Assembly: GCA_002716355.1 (NCBI GenBank)
Contig: PBAU01000002.1
Location: 96,373-106,681, forward strand
Direction: 5' to 3'
Source of the DNA: a bacterium
GTDB taxonomy: Bacteria; UBP7; UBA6624
DNA length: 10,309 nt
The notes beneath the pieces are model-generated. The model was not told the origin of the DNA, did no database searches, and was given only the letters and a program-made list of their open reading frames with translations. Positions 1-5,859 of this stretch are shown here, in pieces. Numbering within the stretch: position 1 is the stretch's first letter; every line of letters begins with the position of its first letter. The position numbers and the translations under genes are program-made.

Positions 1-464
1 TCTGGATAGACTGATGCAAAGCCAGCTCCCCAGATCAGATGGTGTATTTCTTCTTGGGAGGCGTCTCTTTGGTTTGGGTTGTTTGTCTCCTCCGCATAAA
101 GATCCTGGATAAAGAATCCACCTTTTTCGATTTCTGCAAAATTCTTTATCATGAAGATTTCCGAAAAGCCCATTTCGCTCATAAGCAAAGTGGCCTTGTT
201 GCCTTTGAGCTCTTCAAGCACTGCAGGATTGTCCACCACACCATCCTGGTTGTTGTCAATCCATTGGGCTGCAACATTTGCCGCATGGGCAATCTTCTCT
301 TGCGGAACCATTGATGTTCCGCATATCAGGACGCTTTCAAAGACCACAGCTCCCTTATCGAAAATCTTGGTCGGACATTGTTGAAGATGGCCGTCTTGGG
401 CCTTGAATTCATCACTGCATGAGGATATGAGGAAAGCAATAATGAATACCCCGTATATCCTCAT
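1..464 (-). CDS. Hypothetical lipoprotein, N-terminal part (the 3' end of the gene runs off the window's left edge)
   Basis: My own translation of the minus strand from the ATG at 464..462 gives MRIYGVFIIAFLISSCSDEFKAQDGHLQQCPTKIFDKGAVVFESVLICGTSMVPQEKIAHAANVAAQWIDNNQDGVVDNPAVLEELKGNKATLLMSEM... and stays open to position 1. It has a signal peptide with a lipobox-like FLISSC. It is absent from the ORF track, presumably because it is truncated by the edge. I recognise no family. Confidence 0.6.
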   Translation of the reverse strand, partial: MRIYGVFIIAFLISSCSDEFKAQDGHLQQCPTKIFDKGAVVFESVLICGTSMVPQEKIAHAANVAAQWIDNNQDGVVDNPAVLEELKGNKATLLMSEMGFSEIFMIKNFAEIEKGGFFIQDLYAEETNNPNQRDASQEEIHHLIWGAGFASVYP

Positions 465-507
465 TTAAGCACCAAATTTTTTGCCTGCTAAAAGAGCTGA
501 ACTATTT

Positions 508-1548
508 TTACTTAAGACCAGCGGCATTTCCTTCAGAAAAAGTTGCGCCTGCAAGTGTGATGGAGTTAATTCCATCTGCCGCTGTCCACCAAAACACATG
601 CTCTTCAGTACCGTCATCGCTGTTACCAACAATCATCCCATTGTTGCTTATGGCAAATGGATATGAAGCTTCATGCCCTGGGAGAGTTGGAAGCAGGTTG
701 TAATAACCGATCGTAATCGGATCCCAATACCATCCAAAAACACCGGTACCACTGTTTGAGTTTCCAACAATTGTGCCAGCATCATTAATAGCTAAAGCCC
801 TTGAGTCATTCCCATTTAGCGGAAAATCAATATCGACCGCTCCGGTAGTAGCGTTTTGCCAGTACCATCCAACGGTGAGATTGCCGAAAGCACCTCCTCC
901 ATCCCCATAGCCGACAATCGTACCTTGGTTATTGATATCTTTAGCCATTGCCCAGGTTGCTAACGGGAGTTTGTCGATAACAGTCGTTGTCGGATTCGAG
1001 GCAGCAGTGTCATAATACCAGGAATCATATGGCCCAGTACCGCTCCACCCGACGATGACCCCATAATCGTTGACCCCTTCTGCTTGACTCCAGAACTGTC
1101 CAGCAGCATGCGGGATTATGACAAATCCAGCTGATGGGTTTGATATTTCATAATACCAAGGAATCAACCCTTGTGACGTATACCCCACAATCATTCCATT
1201 TTCATTGATGTCAACAGCCCAAGTGTCTCTCCAGCCATCCACCTGTCCGACATTGGTCCAACCAGTGCCTTCTTCCCAATAGGCAAGGCTGAAGTCATCA
1301 CCGGAGACGGTGTTGAATTCGGCTCCGACAATGATCCCATTTTCATTGGCTGCTTTGGCAATATATGATGTTCCGATATCCACAGCGCCTTCAGTTGGAG
1401 TCCAATAGAAAGCGTACTGCCCCGGATTCTGGTCATAGTTAGCCTGGCCAACAACCATATTCTCTTGTGAAACCGGAGTTGGTCCCCCTCCACCTCCACA
1501 AGACACAAAAAACAAGACCAATCCAAAAGTCATCAATAATTTTTTCAT
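508..1548 (-). CDS. Secreted lipoprotein with about seven HAF-like extracellular repeats (N-x-x-G-x-IVG ... aromatic-W), probably a beta-propeller
   Basis: 346-aa ORF. The N-terminus MKKLLMTFGLVLFFVSCGGGGGP is a signal peptide plus lipobox Cys plus poly-Gly linker. The repeated motifs are ENMVVG, NENGIIVG, NENGMIVG, NDYGVIVG, NNQGTIVG, NDAGTIVG and NNGMIVG. Each is followed about 12-22 residues later by AFYW, LAYW, PWYY, SWYY, GWYW, GWYW or VFWW, which resembles the TIGRFAMs HAF-family extracellular repeat. A G-rich SD (AGGGGGG) lies 7 nt upstream of the ATG. Confidence 0.8.
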   Translation of the reverse strand: MKKLLMTFGLVLFFVSCGGGGGPTPVSQENMVVGQANYDQNPGQYAFYWTPTEGAVDIGTSYIAKAANENGIIVGAEFNTVSGDDFSLAYWEEGTGWTNVGQVDGWRDTWAVDINENGMIVGYTSQGLIPWYYEISNPSAGFVIIPHAAGQFWSQAEGVNDYGVIVGWSGTGPYDSWYYDTAASNPTTTVIDKLPLATWAMAKDINNQGTIVGYGDGGGAFGNLTVGWYWQNATTGAVDIDFPLNGNDSRALAINDAGTIVGNSNSGTGVFGWYWDPITIGYYNLLPTLPGHEASYPFAISNNGMIVGNSDDGTEEHVFWWTAADGINSITLAGATFSEGNAAGLK

Positions 1549-1552
1549 AAAA

Positions 1553-1606
1553 ATACCCCCCTAGTTAAAAAACATTATACATAAAGGGGGGATTATAGGG
1601 GGGTAT
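1553..1606 (-). promoter_or_regulatory. Possible SD-sequestering stem in the leader of the HAF-like lipoprotein gene, with two TATAAT boxes embedded
   Basis: ATACCCCCCTA (1553..1563) is the exact reverse complement of TAGGGGGGTAT (1596..1606), giving an 11-bp stem with a 32-nt loop. On the minus-strand transcript the 3' arm contains the G6 Shine-Dalgarno of the gene starting at 1548. On the minus strand, TATAAT boxes occur at 1592..1597 and 1574..1579. Confidence 0.3.
1582..1606 (+). repeat. G6-N6-G6 module (variant) within IR-L
   Basis: The sequence is TAAAGGGGGGATTATAGGGGGGTAT. The spacer ATTATA reads TATAAT on the minus strand. Confidence 0.8.
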
Positions 1607-1713
1607 ATATAAAGGTTAAAGGAGGATTCCAAAGGAGGACTAGGAAAAGCATGCATGCCGGATGCCCATCCCTTTCTCGCACGCATTATGTGCGCACATG
1701 CGCATCGCGCATC

Positions 1714-1742
1714 TAAAGGGGGGAGACTATAGAGGGGGGATT
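1714..1742 (+). repeat. G6-N10-G6 module within IR-L
   Basis: The sequence is TAAAGGGGGGAGACTATAGAGGGGGGATT. It matches the IR-R modules apart from one inserted C in the spacer. Confidence 0.85.
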
Positions 1743-1791
1743 AGAAAGGGATGGTATGGAAGGGGGAAGGGTAGTATAATTTGACTCGAAA

Positions 1792-2706
1792 TTGAGATAC
1801 CTTTCTTTGCTTTTGGCTTTTTTCCTATGTGCTGCTGCGCCTAGCAAGGTCAACCCGTCAAGAGGTCCGTCCCAGGCAAGAAAGGACTATTCAGCAGTTC
1901 AATCGTTAGTCAGGAAATCGCTGAATTCTGAAATTGCAAATGAGAATCCAGGTGAAATTGATCTTTTTTTCCTAGGTATTGCTCTTTACGGTGACCAGGA
2001 TGTGTTCATGAGGGAAACACTCTATGCTCACAACCTCTTTGAAGACAGGTATCACGACCTGTACGGATCCGGAAAAAAATCTTTTGGCTTATCGCTGGTC
2101 AACAACATCAAGACAGCAAACAGGTATCTTTTCGCAACCAAGGAGAATATTGCTGAAATTTTGAAGCTCTTGGGCAAGAAAATGGGTGAAGAGGATATTC
2201 TGTTCATCTATTTCACATCGCATGGCTCAAGAAGTCACAAATTGTCGATGACATTGCCGAGACAGTTCAGAAACAATTTGGATTCAGAAGAAATAAGAAC
2301 AATGCTTGACGATGCGGATATACCCTGGCGCATGCTTATTGTTTCTGCATGTTTTTCTGGCGGATTCATCCCAGGATTGGAGTCACCAAAGACTCTTGTT
2401 GCTACAGCTGCAGATCCAAACCACAGTTCTTTTGGCTGCACAGACACCAGAAATTTTACCTATTACGGAGAAGCTTTGTTCAAAAGACAGTTGAACGAAG
2501 GTACAGGCTTGCTTGATTCCCTTTACAGGATGCCCCCGATCATCAAGGTGATGGAGGATGAGCAGGGTTATAAAAATTCCAATCCACAAATGGTGATTGG
2601 GGATGATTTTTTGGAGCATTGGCAAAAATATCAAGACGATTTAAGGGAAAGATTGACATATCGCAAGGAAGAAAGGCCCAAAAGACCGCCTAAAAGAGGC
2701 TGGTAG
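1792..2706 (+). CDS. Secreted peptidase C13 family (legumain-like, clan CD caspase-fold cysteine peptidase)
   Basis: 304-aa ORF with a TTG start. The signal peptide is (M)RYLSLLLAFFLCAAAP. The segments ILFIYFTSHGS (catalytic His context) and MLIVSACFSGGF (catalytic Cys context), followed by TAADPNHSSFGC, match the pattern of bacterial Peptidase_C13 (PF01650) proteins. The first in-frame ATG is at codon 73, so the TTG at 1792 is needed to retain the signal peptide. Confidence 0.8.
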   Translation: MRYLSLLLAFFLCAAAPSKVNPSRGPSQARKDYSAVQSLVRKSLNSEIANENPGEIDLFFLGIALYGDQDVFMRETLYAHNLFEDRYHDLYGSGKKSFGLSLVNNIKTANRYLFATKENIAEILKLLGKKMGEEDILFIYFTSHGSRSHKLSMTLPRQFRNNLDSEEIRTMLDDADIPWRMLIVSACFSGGFIPGLESPKTLVATAADPNHSSFGCTDTRNFTYYGEALFKRQLNEGTGLLDSLYRMPPIIKVMEDEQGYKNSNPQMVIGDDFLEHWQKYQDDLRERLTYRKEERPKRPPKRGW

Positions 2707-2753
2707 TAAAAATTTAACTAGAATAGTACAAATCATTACACAAGGAGATACAC

Positions 2754-2963
2754 ATGGCAGACAGAGTAAAAGGCACTGTAAAGTGGTTTAACGAAAAGAA
2801 AGGCTTCGGCTTCATATCAAGAGAAGACGGAGGCGATGTTTTTGTTCATTTTTCCGACATTCAAAGCGATGGCTTCAGAACATTAGCTGAAAACCAAGCA
2901 GTTGAATTCGAAATAACAACAGATGACAAAGGCGAAAGAGCTACTAACGTTTCAACAGCTTAA
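2754..2963 (+). CDS. csp: Cold-shock protein, CspA family (CSD / OB-fold nucleic acid binding)
   Basis: 69-aa [19 protein letters not shown] (RNP1-like KGFGFI) and VFVHFS (RNP2-like) are the diagnostic motifs. An AAGGAGA SD lies 6 nt upstream of the ATG. Confidence 0.95.
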   Translation: MADRVKGTVKWFNEKKGFGFISREDGGDVFVHFSDIQSDGFRTLAENQAVEFEITTDDKGERATNVSTA

Positions 2964-4213
2964 CTATTTGGTTTAACAATTTCCTTAATTGATTTATCTT
3001 GGTTGTTTTTGCAGCCATTCACCATTGAAGCTTGAATTGCAGCCCCTAGGGAAGCTGTGTCAAATTCAGATAGTACCGAAATATCGGAATTGAACGTATT
3101 GGCAATCGTTTGAACCCACAGTTTGTTTTTGGCACCGCCACCAACCACTCTTATTTCTTTTGCACCGCCGCAAGCATTGCGAATTTTGTCATATCCTCTT
3201 TTCAGAGACCTTGTGATGTTTAGGATTTTGTTCAAATAAATCTTACCTTCTTTTTGATTTGGATTCTGAGATGAAATTTTGGCCAAATCCTCATGGTTTA
3301 AACCAAAACGATCAGTCAGTGCATCTAGCTCTAGTGCACAATCGTTTAGGCAAAAAAGAGGCAGCCAACCACCTATGGCATCACAAAAAGCAGAAATTTC
3401 CGGATCTGATTGCTGGATACACTTTTCACTATGACAAAAAACCGTACCACTAGTTCCAAGACTGATTGCCAATGTGCCACTTTGCAAAATCCCTGAACCC
3501 AGTGCGCTCATCATGTTATCGCCACTGCCTGGAGACACTATGGTTTGTTTACTGATTCCAAATAGTTCTGAGATTTCCCTTGTGATGCTGCCTATGGGCT
3601 TGAATTGATCAACCAGCTTAGGAATCGAGCCCTCCAGATCATCATCTATTGCCATCATTGTTTTTTTATCAAAATTTCGATTTTCAATATCAAAAAAACC
3701 AGTACCACTTGCATCACCAGCCTCCATAACTTTCTGGCCAGTGAGATAAAAATTAATGTAATCATGTGGCAGTAAAACAGTATCAAGTCGCTTGAAACTG
3801 TCCGGTTCTTTTCTTTTCATCCATAATATCTTGCTTGCGGTATAGCGAACAGAAATTTCTTTTCCAGCTATGTTGGAAAGGTCTTCCGCCTCATTGTGCG
3901 TTTCTGTATCGCACCATAATTTTGCAGGCCTTATGACTATGTTTTTTTTGTCCAAAGCCACGAAACCGTGCTGTTGCCCGGAAACCCCAATGCCTTTTAT
4001 TTTTTGCCTATCTGTGATGTTCTTGAGCGCTTTCGCAAGTGATTTGTTGACAGCTTCAATCCATACAGATGGATGCTGTTCTGCCTTGCCATTTTCATCT
4101 ACATCCAAGCCATAAGAATGATGTCCCCTGCTTACGACAGTCTGAATCTCAGCATCCCAAATAAGAGCTTTGGTGCTTTGTGTTCCGACATCCAGACCGA
4201 TATATAAAGACAC
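2960..4213 (-). CDS. xylB: FGGY-family carbohydrate kinase, xylulokinase-like (unusually short, 417 aa)
   Basis: GTG start 2 nt after the xylA stop. The N-terminus [15 protein letters not shown] is the FGGY phosphate-1 motif. Other motifs present are [43 protein letters not shown] and [17 protein letters not shown]. Its position directly downstream of xylA supports a xylulokinase call. Confidence 0.8.
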   Translation of the reverse strand: MSLYIGLDVGTQSTKALIWDAEIQTVVSRGHHSYGLDVDENGKAEQHPSVWIEAVNKSLAKALKNITDRQKIKGIGVSGQQHGFVALDKKNIVIRPAKLWCDTETHNEAEDLSNIAGKEISVRYTASKILWMKRKEPDSFKRLDTVLLPHDYINFYLTGQKVMEAGDASGTGFFDIENRNFDKKTMMAIDDDLEGSIPKLVDQFKPIGSITREISELFGISKQTIVSPGSGDNMMSALGSGILQSGTLAISLGTSGTVFCHSEKCIQQSDPEISAFCDAIGGWLPLFCLNDCALELDALTDRFGLNHEDLAKISSQNPNQKEGKIYLNKILNITRSLKRGYDKIRNACGGAKEIRVVGGGAKNKLWVQTIANTFNSDISVLSEFDTASLGAAIQASMVNGCKNNQDKSIKEIVKPNS

Positions 4214-4215
4214 GA

Positions 4216-5418
4216 TTATCTAGTGCCCATGATGTGCTCAACTGCGATTTGGTCAAGCTTTTCATATTGCAACCCTGCTTTAGACAGTTTTTCTGGGTTT
4301 GCATTCATGCTCCGGATTGCTTCAGCATTTTCTTTAGAGTAAGAAAGAATTCCACTTAGGTTGTTTGAATCGCTATGATTCTTGAGAAGAATCTCTTTTA
4401 CTTCGGGGTCATTATTGAATGAATTTGCTTTTTCGGCAAGCATTTTGTAAGTCCTCATGCAACCTTTTGCAAAATCCCAAACGCCTTCTTGGCTTTCTGT
4501 GCGATAGGCATGTGCATCAAAATGTTTTGGGCCATCATATTTTGGATATCCACCACAGCCTTCAAGCAAGCGTACCAAAAAGAAGGCACCCTTGATGTCT
4601 TCGCTGCCAAACCGCAAATCTTGATCGTATCTTCCTATCTTTTGTGCGTTGAGGTCAATATGGAAAAGCTTGCTTGCCTCCATTGCTTGTGCAACAGCAA
4701 AAACCATTGAAAGTCCAGTCATGTTTTCATGGGCAACTTCCGGATTGACACCACACATTTCGGGTTTGTCTAGGGTCGATATGAAATGAAGCATTGACCC
4801 TGTGGTTGGATAGTAAATATCTCCCCTAGGCTCATTCGGCTTGGCTTCAAGTGCAAATTTTAGATTCCAGCCTTGGTCGTTTACCCAGTGACTTAAAAAA
4901 TTGATTGCATCTCGATACCAGCCAATCGCATCCCTTGGATCCTTGCCAGAATCCGTTTCTGCACCTTCTCTACCCCCCCAAAAAACAATTGTTTCAGCTC
5001 CCAGTTCAACACCCATGCTGATTGATTGCATCGATTTTTGTAACGCAAATGCTCTGATTTCTGGATTGCTAGATGTGAATGCTCCATCTTTGAATACGGG
5101 ATGATGAAATAGGTTTGTGGTTGCCATGGGAACCTTCAATCCGGTTTCCTTCAGGGCTTCCTTGAATTTTCCGACAACTGCTTGTTTTTCTTTTTGGCTG
5201 CATCCAAAAGGGATTAGGTCATTGTCATGCAGGTTTACGCCATAAGCGCCACACTCGGCAAGTCCGTGAACTATTTGGACAGGATTAATTTTTTCCCTTG
5301 TAGGCAGTCCAAAAGGGTCTCCACCAGGGTTGCCGACTGTCCACAAGCCAAATGTGAACTTGTCATTTTTTTCAGGTTGGTACATTTCATTCATTGGGTA
5401 TAGATTGTATGTGCGCAT
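4216..5418 (-). CDS. xylA: Xylose isomerase, class I (short actinobacterial/Thermus type)
   Basis: 400-aa ORF that is collinear with Streptomyces-type XI. The matching segments are YQPEKNDKFTFGLWTVG, LHDNDLIPFG, VPMATTNLFHHPVFKDGAFT, WGGREGAE, EAKPNEPRGDI, NPEVAHENM, FHIDLN, YDQDLRFG and HFD. All metal and catalytic positions I recall are present. By homology the true start may be an internal ATG at 5394 (MNEMYQP) or 5385 (MYQPEK), because class I enzymes begin about M-x-YQP. Confidence 0.95.
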   Translation of the reverse strand: MRTYNLYPMNEMYQPEKNDKFTFGLWTVGNPGGDPFGLPTREKINPVQIVHGLAECGAYGVNLHDNDLIPFGCSQKEKQAVVGKFKEALKETGLKVPMATTNLFHHPVFKDGAFTSSNPEIRAFALQKSMQSISMGVELGAETIVFWGGREGAETDSGKDPRDAIGWYRDAINFLSHWVNDQGWNLKFALEAKPNEPRGDIYYPTTGSMLHFISTLDKPEMCGVNPEVAHENMTGLSMVFAVAQAMEASKLFHIDLNAQKIGRYDQDLRFGSEDIKGAFFLVRLLEGCGGYPKYDGPKHFDAHAYRTESQEGVWDFAKGCMRTYKMLAEKANSFNNDPEVKEILLKNHSDSNNLSGILSYSKENAEAIRSMNANPEKLSKAGLQYEKLDQIAVEHIMGTR

Positions 5419-5442
5419 ATGGCTAAAACCATCATGCGCACA
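5410..5442 (-). promoter_or_regulatory. 9-bp perfect inverted repeat (hairpin or operator candidate) spanning the annotated xylA start codon
   Basis: TGTGCGCAT (5410..5418) and ATGCGCACA (5434..5442) are exact reverse complements separated by 15 nt. The ATG at 5418..5416 lies in one arm. The half-sites TATGTGCGCA and CATGCGCA also occur adjacent to each other in the IR-L core (1687..1705). Confidence 0.35.
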
Positions 5443-5449
5443 ATACTCT

Positions 5450-5617
5450 TTACTTAGAGGATCTTTGGGCTCTGGACATTAAACCCATAGCAAAAAGGGT
5501 CCATGCCAAGAAAGGCTCCACGGCATCATTCCAGGTCCAACTGTTGTTTACGGCTTCCATTCCAAGCATCCATCCGATGCCCGCCCAAACACAAAACCAA
5601 TCAAGATCAATCTTCAT
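5450..5617 (-). CDS. Candidate small Trp-rich membrane protein (55 aa), first cistron upstream of xylA
   Basis: My own translation gives MKIDLDWFCVWAGIGWMLGMEAVNNSWTWNDAVEPFLAWTLFAMGLMSRAQRSSK*. A strong SD (AAGGAGGTG) lies 5 nt upstream of the ATG. There are two hydrophobic stretches. It is absent from the ORF track, whose shortest listed ORF is 61 aa. It ends 31 nt before the annotated xylA start. Confidence 0.5.
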   Translation of the reverse strand: MKIDLDWFCVWAGIGWMLGMEAVNNSWTWNDAVEPFLAWTLFAMGLMSRAQRSSK

Positions 5618-5695
5618 AATCGCACCTCCTTAAACATATATACCTTGAAATCTATCATAAAGTTGCTCTTTCCCCCTTCCAGACCATCCCTTTCC

Positions 5696-5723
5696 AATCC
5701 CCCCTCTATATCTCCCCCCTTTA
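5696..5723 (-). repeat. G6-N9-G6 mirror-repeat module within IR-R (copy 1)
   Basis: The plus strand reads AATCCCCCCTCTATATCTCCCCCCTTTA. On the other strand, GGGGGGAGATATAGAGGGGGG is a perfect mirror repeat. It is identical to 5832..5859. Confidence 0.9.
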
Positions 5724-5831
5724 GATGCGCAATGTGCATGTGCGCGCATAATGTGTGCGAGAAGGGGATGGGGATCCGGCATGCATGCTTTTCCTAGTCC
5801 TCCTTTGGAATCCTCCTCTCACCTTTAATTT

Positions 5832-5859
5832 AATCCCCCCTCTATATCTCCCCCCTTTA
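5832..5859 (-). repeat. G6-N9-G6 mirror-repeat module within IR-R (copy 2)
   Basis: This is an exact 28-bp direct repeat of 5696..5723, offset by 136 bp. Confidence 0.9.

Larger units (their letters stand above)
1581..1768 (+). repeat. Left copy (IR-L) of a ~190-bp inverted repeat element
   Basis: Manual alignment with the reverse complement of 5670..5860. The core 1620..1768 differs by 8 substitutions and one 1-nt indel. The outer ~40 bp is more diverged, with indels in the G6-spacer-G6 module. It fills the divergent intergenic region between the 508..1548 (-) and 1792..2706 (+) genes. Confidence 0.9.

Noticed and set aside
39-384. Plus-strand ORFs 39..314 and 151..384
   Set aside because: They are antisense to the edge-truncated lipoprotein ORF, which has a proper signal peptide and lipobox. 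They have no SD and no recognisable motifs.
1191-1526. 111-aa minus-strand ORF nested out of frame in the HAF-like lipoprotein gene, and the similar nested ORFs in xylA, xylB and the C13 gene (2235..2634, 3259..3453, 3870..4115, 4489..4710, 4893..5104)
   Set aside because: All lie inside genes with clear homology-type motifs in another frame or strand, and none has independent support.
1651-1716. Inward-facing 21-codon ORF in the repeat (MHAGCPSLSRTHYVRTCASRI) preceded by AAAGGAGGA
   Set aside because: It is tempting because of the SD-like boxes. However, the IR-R counterpart (MHAGSPSPSRTHYARTCTLRI) differs at 5 of 21 residues with only one synonymous change, and the SD-to-ATG spacing is about 12 nt. 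There is no evidence of selection on this frame.
4973-4986. C7 followed by A6 homopolymer run inside xylA, considered as a slippage or frameshift site
   Set aside because: It encodes the conserved VFWGGREG segment in frame. The reading frame is intact on both sides, so there is no evidence of programmed or mutational frameshifting.
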